Positions 1-9,591 of a stretch of 37,487 nt of DNA are shown here, in pieces. Both the position numbers and the translations under genes were made by a program. Every line of letters begins with the position of its first letter. Position 1 is the stretch's first letter. This stretch comes from a virus (taxonomy: Duplodnaviria > Caudoviricetes), in the IMG/VR virus record IMGVR_UViG_3300010005_000039, positions 1 to 37,487 of that record, one strand, 5' to 3'. The notes under the pieces are model-generated. The model did not search any database, was not told the origin of the DNA, and saw nothing but the letters and a program-made list of their open reading frames with translations.

Positions 1-69
1 GATGCCGCGCGCCGGCCCGCTGACCCTGTCGGTCAGCGAGATGACCAGGCTACTGCTGAGTTTTGCCAT
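1..69 (-). CDS. Tail tape measure protein, N-terminal 23 codons (runs off the window)
   Basis: ATG at 69 reads MAKLSSSLVISLTDRVSGPARGI, typical of myophage tape-measure N-termini; lies directly after the tail chaperone. Confidence 0.75.
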   Translation of the reverse strand, partial: MAKLSSSLVISLTDRVSGPARGI

Positions 70-211
70 TCAAGCGTTTCCGGATGCGAGCGATGGCGGC
101 GACCTCGCGGTCGGCCTCGGTGATGGCATAAGCCCCGACGACAGGCCGGGGCGTGGCGGTGAAATGAGAGATCAGGACGGCGATGTCTCGCCATCCTCCA
201 GGTCGTTTCCC
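50..211 (-). CDS. -1 frameshift extension of the tail chaperone (gpE+E' / gpGT-like)
   Basis: In-frame slippery heptamer G GGA AAC at 211-205; the -1 frame is open to TAG at 52-50 and reads ...RPGGWRDIAVLISHFTATPRPVVGAYAITEADREVAAIARIRKRLNGKTQQ. Confidence 0.8.
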   Translation of the reverse strand, partial: GKRPGGWRDIAVLISHFTATPRPVVGAYAITEADREVAAIARIRKRLNGKTQQ

Positions 212-459
212 CATTTGGCGTCGGCCAGTTTCTTCATCGCCAGCGCGTCGCGCGAGCCGAGCTTGCGGAAGTTCTCGATCGAAAGCCCCGAGACTCTTGC
301 CATGAGAGTGACGAGCTTCATCGTATCGCCAAGATCGCCGGCATCATCGACCGCGATCATGTCGTCAACGGTCGGTTCGCGCAGGGTTACGTCCTCAAGC
401 GGCGCACCGCCCTCGACCGTGATCGGAGATTTCAGTTTGTAATTGATGGTTTCAGACAT
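172..459 (-). CDS. Tail assembly chaperone (P2 gpE / Mu gp41-like)
   Basis: 95 aa with L..PI...VTLREPTVDDM and L.SRD motifs; position between tube and tape measure. Confidence 0.88.
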   Translation of the reverse strand: MSETINYKLKSPITVEGGAPLEDVTLREPTVDDMIAVDDAGDLGDTMKLVTLMARVSGLSIENFRKLGSRDALAMKKLADAKWGNDLEDGETSPS

Positions 460-519
460 CCCATTTCCTTTTCGAGACGAATGTTGGGAGCAGCAGCCAG
501 GGGCTATCTCAGGCTCTGA

Positions 520-1032
520 CTACGAGCCGAGGGCGCGCCGGATATCCTTGAAATGGTCCTGGCCATTGGCCCTGAGTTCGCGCTCGTCCCAGTCCCAGTA
601 CCAGAGCTCTTTCCCGTCGAGCTTGAAGGCGTAGTGTGTGATCTCTTTGAACGTGTGGGTGCAGCCCTGATACTCCTCGGGGCTCCCCTCATCCGGCGCC
701 CATTCGGCGATCGCCCCTTCGATCACCATTCTCGCCGGCACGACCTTGCCAGCCCGGTGATCGCGATAGGCTCCGGCAAACACCCACTTGTCCCTGGCCC
801 CGAAACCCTTGAAGGGATCGGTATCGATCCCTTTGGCCTCATAGGCCACTTCCGGAGCCTCGATCCGCGGCATCACGAAGTCGACCGCGCCAACGCCGCC
901 GCCGGGATTGTGGCTCGCCGTGAGCAGCTTGATCCCGGGAAACGTGACCTTCGACACGATGTTCGGCCGTCCCGACCCGGCCTCGCCCGCGCGACGCACG
1001 TCAATTCCCACCAGCATGAAAAGCTTGGACAT
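520..1032 (-). CDS. Major tail tube protein (P2 FII-like)
   Basis: 170 aa; ends in NGQDHFKDIRRALG; follows the sheath gene. Confidence 0.9.
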   Translation of the reverse strand: MSKLFMLVGIDVRRAGEAGSGRPNIVSKVTFPGIKLLTASHNPGGGVGAVDFVMPRIEAPEVAYEAKGIDTDPFKGFGARDKWVFAGAYRDHRAGKVVPARMVIEGAIAEWAPDEGSPEEYQGCTHTFKEITHYAFKLDGKELWYWDWDERELRANGQDHFKDIRRALGS

Positions 1033-1057
1033 GATATTCTCCTTTGAACCGAGTGCG

Positions 1058-2308
1058 TCAGGCCGCCGTGCTCAGGCGCGCAATGATCTCTTCCACCAGG
1101 CCTTCGACGGCCGGACGGTAGCGGCGGATCACGTGATCGGCGCGCTTGAAGCTCGGCGCCGGCTCAATGCTGAGATCGACCCTGAGCGTGCCGAGCCGGA
1201 TGTTCTCAGGGCTGTTCGAGTCAGCGAGGAACATCGTCTCGACGGGTGCGTATCCGAGAATATCGCCATCGGCCTTATGGTCGCGCAGCATGAAGGCCAT
1301 CGAGTTGAGCCAGGCTTCCGCCAGATCCGCTGTGATCTTCCTGCCGAGAAACTGGCGCGTGATCTGAATGATCTTGACGGTGATGTAGTCGGCGCCGCGC
1401 ACCTGGTGGATCTGCTTCCACAACTCACCGGTCGAGGCATTGTCGGTTCCGATGAAGACAAAACCGCCGTCGGAGACCGCACCGTCGACGCCGGTCTCGC
1501 CCCGCGCCACGATCGACACGTCCCCCTCGAGCATCTGCTGACCTTCGGTCGAGCCGTCGAGGAAGGTGAACGGGATGTCGCGCGACAGGCCGGCAAGCCC
1601 GAGCACTGGCAGGTTGCAGATCGGGTCGAATGGCTTGCCGAGATGGGCATTGTCGGTTCGGACGAAAAGCCCTGCCACACGCGGGGCCATCGACCGGGTG
1701 ACGAGGTTCACGCCCTCATAGACTTTGGCCTTCACGCCGATGGGCATCAGGCGTTCCGAGCTCATGTCTTCGCGAAAATCGATTGCGTTCGCGGCGCTCG
1801 TCGCATCCACCTGAACGGGCGCGATGGCAAGGATCTTCGGGCACGCCACCTGCAGCGCGGCGATCACGGGATTGACCGTGTTGACGTCCGTCCGCCAGTC
1901 TGTATAGCCGGCGACGATGATGCGCGGCGTCGCGTTGACCAAAGACGGGATCAGCGAGATGTCGTCGAGCACATCGACGATATCGGCCGAGATCGCCGCG
2001 ATATCAGGCTCATCGTCCTCGTCGAGATGCTCTTCAATCCGAACGACGGTGATGTCGCAACCGATATTCAGGCCGTCGAGCTGGTCGTTGATGCCACGTA
2101 CCGCTGCGGCAAGATTGCCGGTCCCCAGGGCTTCGATGAAGGCCACATTCGTTGAAGACCCGCGTTTTGCCACCTTGTAAGGAAAGTCGTCGGCATCCGC
2201 GTCATCGGAAGTATCGATGATCAGGACTTTCGAAAAGTCCGCACCCGTGACCGGGACCGGCTCATCGTTCGGGCGCGAAAACTGCATGCCAATAACCGGT
2301 GCGGTCAT
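1058..2308 (-). CDS. Contractile tail sheath protein (P2 FI-like)
   Basis: About 416 aa; APRVAGL, GKPFDPICN and NSPENIRLG motifs; start moved to ATG 2308, which follows an AGGAG RBS. Confidence 0.9.
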   Translation of the reverse strand: MTAPVIGMQFSRPNDEPVPVTGADFSKVLIIDTSDDADADDFPYKVAKRGSSTNVAFIEALGTGNLAAAVRGINDQLDGLNIGCDITVVRIEEHLDEDDEPDIAAISADIVDVLDDISLIPSLVNATPRIIVAGYTDWRTDVNTVNPVIAALQVACPKILAIAPVQVDATSAANAIDFREDMSSERLMPIGVKAKVYEGVNLVTRSMAPRVAGLFVRTDNAHLGKPFDPICNLPVLGLAGLSRDIPFTFLDGSTEGQQMLEGDVSIVARGETGVDGAVSDGGFVFIGTDNASTGELWKQIHQVRGADYITVKIIQITRQFLGRKITADLAEAWLNSMAFMLRDHKADGDILGYAPVETMFLADSNSPENIRLGTLRVDLSIEPAPSFKRADHVIRRYRPAVEGLVEEIIARLSTAA

Positions 2309-2410
2309 CGAGTTTACTCCTGTTGTCAGTGTTAAGGTCATGTCGGCAGGCTCGCTTGTTGATGGTCGGCGGCCGATCGTTTGAGTGCGATGAAGGTCAC
2401 CGCGCCACGA

Positions 2411-2935
2411 CTAGCCCGGCCAGCCGCTCTCGATGTCGATCGCTGCAAGGGCCGCTTCGTCGCCGGCTTCGACGATGAGAGTGCTGAGGTCTGCCTCGTT
2501 CTCGAAGCAGGACTGGATATGGGCTGTCACCGCATCGCCGACAGCGACGATGATCGCTGCGTCCAGCGTGACGAAGACACCGGCATCGACTTTCCACTGC
2601 ACGGTGAAACCGGCATCCTTGTCGGCCTTCACATAGGCGCCGGTGATCTTGCGCTGGGTGTCCTCATCAGTCTTGATCGCCAGGCCGCCGACGATTATGC
2701 CGCCGGTCTCGGCCTGCCATCGGCGGGCCGCCAGAGCGGCGAGCGCCCTCGCCTTTCGTTGATCGAGCGAAGGCGATATCAGCGCGGCGAGTTCCGCGAC
2801 CTGATCCGGAGTGAGGTCAACATGCCCTTCGACGATAGCGCCGCCGCCCGGCATCACGACCTCTCCAGTGGCAGCGCCTGTTTCCGGGTCGATCACCTCT
2901 TCACGGGGACCGAGATACGCCACAAGATTGGTCAT
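2411..2935 (-). CDS. DUF4376-type tail fibre-associated (chaperone-like) protein
   Basis: ARRWQAETGGI.VGG..I.TD..TQ.KITGA...WK...G.FVTLDA...HIQ.CF.NE pattern; coupled to the fibre gene by an ATGA overlap. Confidence 0.8.
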   Translation of the reverse strand: MTNLVAYLGPREEVIDPETGAATGEVVMPGGGAIVEGHVDLTPDQVAELAALISPSLDQRKARALAALAARRWQAETGGIIVGGLAIKTDEDTQRKITGAYVKADKDAGFTVQWKVDAGVFVTLDAAIIVAVGDAVTAHIQSCFENEADLSTLIVEAGDEAALAAIDIESGWPG

Positions 2936-4311
2936 TCGAGCACCCCGACGAGTTGCACTGTGCCGGACACAATCGCGGCTCCGGCCTCAGTCCGAAGCCT
3001 GATGCAGGTATCCGCCTCGATGGCTGCTCGCACCGAAATAGCGGATCCCGGCGCAGTGATAGTGATGTTGCCCGTCGAAACCGCGGCATAGGTGTATCCG
3101 ATTGAACCCATCGTCGCTCTGCCCGCATTGCCAAGCCCGATGAGGTCGATCAAAAACCCGCCGTACTTAAAACTTGCGCTGGCCGATGGCACGCCAAACT
3201 GCGTGAGTGCGGCTCTGGCCCCCGTGCCATCGCGATAGTCCCCGGATGCCGTCTTGAACGTCGCGCCACCGTCAGTAGATACCTCGAGGTAGAGAACGTC
3301 GTTGATCGCCACTCTGTCGGTCACGACATTGTGGCCCACGAGCATGAAATGACTATAGCCCGTCGCAGGTATGCCCGTCAGCACGACAGATGTCGGGGAG
3401 CCGGTGATGGTTATGGGTGGAAACGGCACCAGCCCGTTGATCGCACCGATCGTGGCGCGCATCGCGACGGCGGATGTGTCGTCCAGCAAGGTCTCGGCAA
3501 AGCTCGAAATCCCGAGATCCGTCTTGACCTGCGCAATCGTGCGGTTTGTCCACGCGTCTGACTTGCGCTGCAGGAAGTCGTTATTCGCGGGCGTTAAAGC
3601 AGCAATAGCCGTGAGGTCGCCATCGAAGGCCTGCACGGTGTCGCCGATCATAAGACCAAGCGCGGCGCGCAAAGCCGAGGCCGTGACCACCCCCGCCAGT
3701 CCAGCGACAGTTGAAACAGGACCGCCAGCGATGAGGACCGCGGCAGCCAGCACTGCTTCCGCGGCGTCAACCGCTTCGTTCCTCGCAATCCCCGTATCGA
3801 CGAACCATTGGTGAACCGCGTCGACGACGCCGGAGCTGGCCGATATCGTCCACCCGGTACGCTCGGCACCCGACCCATTGAGATAGAGGATTTCGACGCG
3901 GAGAAGGCCAGAAACGTCACTGTAAGATACCAGCCGCGCCGCCGCCCAATCCTCGTATTCATCTGGCGACGTGATCGCAAGAAACGGCGTGGGGCGGAAG
4001 CCGACCCTGGCGCCAACAGGGATGAAGAAATCAACCTCTTCACCCTGAACGATCTCGACGAGGTCATCGGTTTGCGCGACCAGCAAGCCGCCGTCGACAA
4101 TTGCATTCAACTGCGAGATCAGCGGCTGAATCGCCTCGGAAACGCGCCTCAATCCATTCGTGTTGAACTGAAGGATCTGAGCTTCCCAATCCATCCGCAC
4201 CGCCTCGAGCGCAGCTATGGCCGCGTCGAGTGTCACGAACAGCGGATTGAGCTTGTCAGCGCTCGCAGGATCCGTGCTCTTGAGTGGCGCGTTACTGAAG
4301 CGGCGTGGCAT
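2932..4311 (-). CDS. Tail fibre / receptor-binding protein
   Basis: About 459 aa; fibre-shaft motifs VQAFDGDLTAIAAL and FAETLLDD..A.AMRATIG; beta-rich C-terminus; likely start ATG 4311 after GAAGGGA. Confidence 0.75.
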   Translation of the reverse strand: MPRRFSNAPLKSTDPASADKLNPLFVTLDAAIAALEAVRMDWEAQILQFNTNGLRRVSEAIQPLISQLNAIVDGGLLVAQTDDLVEIVQGEEVDFFIPVGARVGFRPTPFLAITSPDEYEDWAAARLVSYSDVSGLLRVEILYLNGSGAERTGWTISASSGVVDAVHQWFVDTGIARNEAVDAAEAVLAAAVLIAGGPVSTVAGLAGVVTASALRAALGLMIGDTVQAFDGDLTAIAALTPANNDFLQRKSDAWTNRTIAQVKTDLGISSFAETLLDDTSAVAMRATIGAINGLVPFPPITITGSPTSVVLTGIPATGYSHFMLVGHNVVTDRVAINDVLYLEVSTDGGATFKTASGDYRDGTGARAALTQFGVPSASASFKYGGFLIDLIGLGNAGRATMGSIGYTYAAVSTGNITITAPGSAISVRAAIEADTCIRLRTEAGAAIVSGTVQLVGVLE

Positions 4312-4519
4312 CGATGATCGTCCCTTCACGCGCGCTGTCGGCGACCGCCAGCAGGGCGTCGCCGCGCAGCTTGATATTGCGGTCGGACGGCCGGATCCAC
4401 TGGCCGAGATATCGAACGGCGAAGGCCAGCGTTACGGCATACGTCGTCTCCACGTCGACGGAGACAGACCCGTTCATGGTTGCCACCTGGTCGGCGGCCG
4501 GCTTTGCTTTGGGTGCCAT
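4292..4519 (-). CDS. Small hypothetical baseplate/tail-region protein
   Basis: 75 aa with AGGAG RBS; fills the gap in the operon. Confidence 0.7.
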   Translation of the reverse strand: MAPKAKPAADQVATMNGSVSVDVETTYAVTLAFAVRYLGQWIRPSDRNIKLRGDALLAVADSAREGTIIDATPLQ

Positions 4520-4531
4520 GGGGCGCTCCTG

Positions 4532-6019
4532 TTAGTCGGCGCTGTAGAGGATTTCGGAGATACCGAATGTCGACAGAGCGGAGTTTGTCGCCCCCTCAAT
4601 CCGGACCCGGAACTGTGTGAGCGACGAGAACGTGAACGTCGCCGTCCGCTCGATGATGTTGGGGTCGTCGGTCGGCGTGTCGGAGACGGCAGCCGCCGTT
4701 ATCTGCGTATTGTCAGCCTTCATCAGCTTGATCACGCAGTTGTGGTCCGCTTCGATATAGCCGTGCATCGTGATCTTCACCGTGGCGGCGGTCACAGAGG
4801 CGCCGGCCGTGATCAGCTTGGTCACGCCGGTGAAATCGGTGCGCTTGCGGTATGCCGTGGATCGGCTGATGTCGTGATTGGTCGCCGGCATCAGGTCCTT
4901 GGTACCGGACAGGACCTGCCGCATGAGGCGCTGCGCCGGCAAGCCGGTGAACGGGAACGCGACGGTATCGGCGGCGATGTCGGTCCAGACCCCATCGACC
5001 TGCACCTGTGTCACGCGCTCGGTGCCGCTTGGCTTGAGTTCGAACAGTCGGAGCGATACCGCGCCGATCCCGTTCTCGAGCGCCAGCGGCTCCATTGTCG
5101 TGGTGATCTGGGTGTTGGCGAACTCCGCGAAATAAACCCGCATGCCGAGGTCGGTGTCCTGCGCACCCCGGAACCAGCTGTTATCAAGGCAGTCGAAGAA
5201 CGTGCCCTGGCTGAAGTTGCCGCCGACGGCACATTCGAAGGAGTGGGCGCCGGTGCTCTCAAGCGCGAGGGAGTAGAGTGTCCCCTTGCTGACCAGGACA
5301 GGCTCGGACGTCACCTTCAGCCAGCCAGTGGCAAGATCGACAAAGTTCGTCGTCTTCTTGGAATAGACATTCGAAAGATCCGGCTCTCCGGTGTCCTGAG
5401 TGCCGCAGATCATGGCGGTAAGCGCGCCTGCGGTTCCCAGATCGGTGATCTTGACCGCGATGGACGTCACGAACCCGTCGCGCGGCGCGCGCCAGGTCTG
5501 CGCCACGATCGAACCGTTTGCCGTCGACGCGATCGATCCAACACTCTGATAAGGGACACCCGTGACATCGACGGCCGGGATAATCTGGCCGTCGTCGTCG
5601 ACGGCAGGGTAGCTGATGACCTGGTCCGCCTGGGTTGCCGTGCCGGTGATGATGATCGGCGTCGGAATTTCGACCTCATAGTCCGGGCTCGAATAGGGCA
5701 CGAGTGATGTCGTGACCTTGACATTCTGGCCCGTCTTGACCTGGACAGCATGCTTCACGACCTTGCCGTTTTTATTGATGACGGTCCGCTCGACAGGGAT
5801 CGTCCGGTCCTTCACGGTCGTGGTCGTCACCAGGGTCCCGGTCGGCTTGCCCGCCGAGTCGTACTGGACAGCTTCCTTGACCGTGGTCGTCGGAACCACG
5901 CTTTTGTTGCGCTCGACGATCACGGTGTTGCCGTTGGGCTTCACCTCGATGCGCTGGCGTTCGACGGACGGCGTAAGTGCGAGCGTCGTGCTGGCCTTGC
6001 CGGTGTTCACTTTTGCCAT
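4532..6019 (-). CDS. Virion structural protein (baseplate/fibre-associated, beta-rich) with K/T/V-rich N-terminus
   Basis: 495 aa, operonic, coding-like codon usage; GSIVAQTW...FVTSI motif. Confidence 0.7.
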   Translation of the reverse strand: MAKVNTGKASTTLALTPSVERQRIEVKPNGNTVIVERNKSVVPTTTVKEAVQYDSAGKPTGTLVTTTTVKDRTIPVERTVINKNGKVVKHAVQVKTGQNVKVTTSLVPYSSPDYEVEIPTPIIITGTATQADQVISYPAVDDDGQIIPAVDVTGVPYQSVGSIASTANGSIVAQTWRAPRDGFVTSIAVKITDLGTAGALTAMICGTQDTGEPDLSNVYSKKTTNFVDLATGWLKVTSEPVLVSKGTLYSLALESTGAHSFECAVGGNFSQGTFFDCLDNSWFRGAQDTDLGMRVYFAEFANTQITTTMEPLALENGIGAVSLRLFELKPSGTERVTQVQVDGVWTDIAADTVAFPFTGLPAQRLMRQVLSGTKDLMPATNHDISRSTAYRKRTDFTGVTKLITAGASVTAATVKITMHGYIEADHNCVIKLMKADNTQITAAAVSDTPTDDPNIIERTATFTFSSLTQFRVRIEGATNSALSTFGISEILYSAD

Positions 6020-6040
6020 TGGTTTGCCCTTCGGATTGGA

Positions 6041-7042
6041 TCAGTTGAGGCCAAGCATCGTGTCGATGACCAGCACCTCGGTGTGAACAGGCATGGTCAG
6101 GGTTCCGCGCTTCTGCATCAGCGGTTCGTTCGGATTGGCGAAGGCGTAGAGCGCCTCCTTGATGGCGGCTGCCGGGAAGGTCAGCGTGCCATCGATCGAG
6201 CACAGGCTCGCCGCATGGGTCAGGTCCATCTCGTTGGCCGTGCCGAACGTCAGCGCGCCATAGGCGGTCTGGTCATCCGGGCGACCGACGATCTCCTTGA
6301 CCCGCGCCATGTCGCGCACCAGCATCCGGACGATGACGTCGCTCGGCAGCCCGGCGAGAATGGAGCGAATGGCGGCAATGTCGGAAATGATCGAGTTGAT
6401 CGATGCCCCGGCCGCGTCCGCAAACTGCTCGAGTGACCGCGCCCGGACATCGAGATCCTTCACCGTTTCAAGCCTGTTGGCCTCGACATAGGAAACCGAG
6501 GTGACGCCTGTCGGCGAACACAGGATGCGGGCGATTTCGACCTGGCCGTTACCAACAGCCGGCGGCGCCGGGTTCGCGCTTTCCGTGCCTTCGAGCAGAG
6601 CCAGATTGGCGCGCCGCGTCGTGATCGTGGCGACGTCCCGGCTTTCGACCGTATATTCCCCGGTATAGCTGCCGGATGTGTTGGTCACCGCGGTTTCGAA
6701 CTCGCGCGGCTGGGTGTCCGTATCAGTTTCCGATCCCCATCCGACAAGACTGACGATCTTGCCCTGAGAGACGGGCAGTTGCACCGTGCCGCTGACCAGG
6801 TCGAAGGTGGCGCCTGCGTCGGCCTCGCGCGAATACCCGATCCGGGCGATATAGAGACGGCCCGCGCCAATGATCAGGCCGGTCGTGCCGCTGACCGTCA
6901 CCGCGAAACCCGCGAACTTCGGCGTATCGTCGATCGCATCACCGACGAGGTTATCGATCTGGTCGCGCCGCAGGGTCTGCATGCGCATTAGGTCGGAGGC
7001 GGGAAGCTCCTGGTTGTCCTGGATTTTGACGACGCTGGACAT
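6041..7042 (-). CDS. Baseplate wedge / fibre-anchoring structural protein
   Basis: 333 aa directly after gpI (TGATG overlap), in the position of P2 gpH. Confidence 0.7.
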   Translation of the reverse strand: MSSVVKIQDNQELPASDLMRMQTLRRDQIDNLVGDAIDDTPKFAGFAVTVSGTTGLIIGAGRLYIARIGYSREADAGATFDLVSGTVQLPVSQGKIVSLVGWGSETDTDTQPREFETAVTNTSGSYTGEYTVESRDVATITTRRANLALLEGTESANPAPPAVGNGQVEIARILCSPTGVTSVSYVEANRLETVKDLDVRARSLEQFADAAGASINSIISDIAAIRSILAGLPSDVIVRMLVRDMARVKEIVGRPDDQTAYGALTFGTANEMDLTHAASLCSIDGTLTFPAAAIKEALYAFANPNEPLMQKRGTLTMPVHTEVLVIDTMLGLN

Positions 7043-8316
7043 CAGCTTGCCTTTCTCGGAATGAGGTCGCCGAACCGGCGGTTGCCATCAAGGGGAAGCG
7101 CATCGCCGAATGTCGGCTCGCGCCAGTTCTGGAAGCTCACGAGGATTTTCTCGTGAGCGGATTTCGAAACTTGCACCGCCTCGAGCGCGGCATCGCGGAT
7201 CCGGGTGTCCACCGGTCGGGCAAAGACGCGTCCTGCATGGCGGCCGGCAAACATCGTTCGCTCCCGATGCGGGATCGAGATCCGGACCCGCACATGTGCG
7301 GTATGGGGACGGATGCCGACGCGGTCGCCCGCAAAGGCGCGCGCACCATGGCGAAGCGCAGGGCTTCGGGCGGGATCGTGCAGTCGCACAAGCGAATAGA
7401 CATGCAGCCAGGCGTCGGAAGGACAGGCGAACCTGCCGGCGGTACGGCCAGCGAAGAATTTCCCACCCCGCCCCTGCCACCGATCGGTACCGCGTTCCTG
7501 ACGGACCAGGATCGGCTCAAAACTGGGCTCGATGGTGGAGAGCCTGCGCGTCCCCTCCTGATGAAGGTAGGACGTCACCACCTCGACCGTGTGCACAACA
7601 GATCGTTTCGCAACGACGCCGGCATGTATGCCCGCATGGAAGCCTGCGAACAGGGCGTTGCCGGGCTTCCCCGGCGTCACGACCCGCGTGATCTCGACGG
7701 CGCTCTGGAACTCGCTGCGCGTATCGAATTGCAGAGTGACCAGCTCAATTGACGTCCCATCCAACGGATCGAACAGAAATGTCCGGCGTCCGGTGCGGGC
7801 AACGGAGACGAGTGCGAAGCGGCCCGGACCTACCCCACGGCCGGCGAACATCTTTCCGAAGACATTCCGGTTGCGGAGGCGATGTGGATAGATCCGCAGC
7901 TGCGGCATCACCGAATAGAATCGGTCCAGCTCGACTTTCGTGTAGCTCTTGCCGGCGAACATCTTGACCGGCGGAGTGATCACGCTGACCAGCTCCGCGT
8001 CGGCCTGCGTGAGATACCGCTCCAGCGCCGCCCGCGTGCCCTTGATCCGCGCGAGCTGGACCGCCTCGCGGCAGACAAGCCTCTTTTTCCAGACAGGCCA
8101 GTCCGGCCGCCATAGATCAACCGAGAGGCTGACCGCCAGCCAGGACAGCATGTGCTCGGGGCACGTGTCGGCATTCCACAGCGCCGCATTCGGCACCGAA
8201 AGCGCGCTGAACGTCTGCCCGGCCTGCTCGACAGCGAACTCCCACGGCGTCGACGACGCTGGCACGAGACTATCGTTGTTCGTGAACGGGACAGTGTTGG
8301 CGAAAAGCAGGTTCAT
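7042..8316 (-). CDS. Phage tail protein I (P2 gpI-like) with long Arg-rich C-terminal extension
   Basis: LWNADTCP..MLSWLA..LSVDLW..DWP...KR...KGTRAAL signature; start 8316 overlaps the gpJ stop (ATGA). Confidence 0.9.
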   Translation of the reverse strand: MNLLFANTVPFTNNDSLVPASSTPWEFAVEQAGQTFSALSVPNAALWNADTCPEHMLSWLAVSLSVDLWRPDWPVWKKRLVCREAVQLARIKGTRAALERYLTQADAELVSVITPPVKMFAGKSYTKVELDRFYSVMPQLRIYPHRLRNRNVFGKMFAGRGVGPGRFALVSVARTGRRTFLFDPLDGTSIELVTLQFDTRSEFQSAVEITRVVTPGKPGNALFAGFHAGIHAGVVAKRSVVHTVEVVTSYLHQEGTRRLSTIEPSFEPILVRQERGTDRWQGRGGKFFAGRTAGRFACPSDAWLHVYSLVRLHDPARSPALRHGARAFAGDRVGIRPHTAHVRVRISIPHRERTMFAGRHAGRVFARPVDTRIRDAALEAVQVSKSAHEKILVSFQNWREPTFGDALPLDGNRRFGDLIPRKAS

Positions 8317-9191
8317 CCGCCGGTTTCCACCGTGATCGTGAGCGAGTTCATAAAGACCGCGCCGTCGAAGCCCGGATCGACATCCGCGGACGGCGAGAAT
8401 GCTGATACCTTCTCGACGCCGGGAACCTTGGCGGCGGCGACCATGCCGTCCCATCGCCAGATCTTACCCACCGCATGCCGCTCGGCCGCATATCCACGAA
8501 CCGCCGCCTCCGAGGCAGCGCGGATCAGGACGGGGTCGGGGCCCGCCGGTATCATGAGCGTAAAGGCGGGATTTATCGCGGTGATCGATGCAGCCTGAAC
8601 AGTGAGCGCCACCGTCAGCGGCTTGATGTCGGGGCGCGCGAGCCGTGCGCGAACCGCCTGCAGCACATCGGAGCTTGGCGTGCCGTTCCCCGCTTCGGAT
8701 GACAGGATCGACACCAGGACCGCGCCCGGTGTCGGGCTGCGCGCGCCGACATCCTTGACCAGGGGCGAAGCGGTCTTGGCATGAAAGATATAGGCCCCGA
8801 CCGGACCGGCGGACGCGAACGCGTCTGGCGCTGCAGCAAGCCGGCTGCGCAGCGCGCTGTCGACCTCCCCAATCAGGCGATCGACGCCGAAGAAGCTGGC
8901 GAGATTGTCGAGATCGGAACCAACGGCGAATGGCACCAGCACGGCGCGGGCCGCATCATTGACCCGGGCACGGTCAAGCATCCGGAGATAGGAGAAGGCT
9001 TCCCCGATGATGATGGCCGGGTCGGTTTCCAGACCATCGACATCGTAGTCGATGCCAAGGGCATCCTCGATGAGAGGAACGAATGTCTCGATAAACGCCG
9101 TGCGTAGCAGCTCATAGTCGAGCGCCTCGATAACCAGCGGCGCCGGCAGACGCGAAAGGTCGAGCGAGGCGGATGTCAGTCGGGTCGTCAT
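8313..9191 (-). CDS. Baseplate assembly protein J
   Basis: LDLSRLPAP.VIE.LDYE, RVNDAARA, GSDLDNL and SAGP.GAY.FHA motifs. Confidence 0.95.
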   Translation of the reverse strand: MTTRLTSASLDLSRLPAPLVIEALDYELLRTAFIETFVPLIEDALGIDYDVDGLETDPAIIIGEAFSYLRMLDRARVNDAARAVLVPFAVGSDLDNLASFFGVDRLIGEVDSALRSRLAAAPDAFASAGPVGAYIFHAKTASPLVKDVGARSPTPGAVLVSILSSEAGNGTPSSDVLQAVRARLARPDIKPLTVALTVQAASITAINPAFTLMIPAGPDPVLIRAASEAAVRGYAAERHAVGKIWRWDGMVAAAKVPGVEKVSAFSPSADVDPGFDGAVFMNSLTITVETGG

Positions 9192-9580
9192 GCTGCCCTC
9201 ACGCCCCTGCCGTCAAATGTCAGAGAGAAATTCACCAATCGCTCCACGGTGAAATCACCGCGATGTCCCTTTGGTCTGTATTCGGCTTCGATCCCGAACC
9301 GCGCGATTCCGAGCCGGATCTGCTCGGCCGACCCTTCAAACAGGATGCGCCGCACCCGAAAACGCGGCTCCCAAAGATCGATCGACGTGACGATCAGTTG
9401 CTGGAACGCCATCAATAGGTTCAGGCTGACGAGACGGCCGATCAGTTCGATCAGGCCCGCGCCGAACTCACGCCGCATGATCCGTTCGCCGAGCCGCGTG
9501 ATGAACACCACCTCGACGCCCTGAAGCGCCGATTGAAAATTGTCGATCACCTTGCCGGTGCGCCTGTCGATCCCAGCCAT
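9188..9580 (-). CDS. Baseplate wedge protein W / gp25 family
   Basis: MAGIDRRTG, TRLGERIMRREFG and WEPR motifs. Confidence 0.93.
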   Translation of the reverse strand: MAGIDRRTGKVIDNFQSALQGVEVVFITRLGERIMRREFGAGLIELIGRLVSLNLLMAFQQLIVTSIDLWEPRFRVRRILFEGSAEQIRLGIARFGIEAEYRPKGHRGDFTVERLVNFSLTFDGRGVRAA

Positions 9581-9591
9581 CTGTCAGATCC

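Noticed and set aside
2411-4311. Diversity-generating retroelement or invertible fibre cassette
   Set aside because: No reverse transcriptase, invertase, template/variable repeat pair or flanking inverted repeats seen in the window
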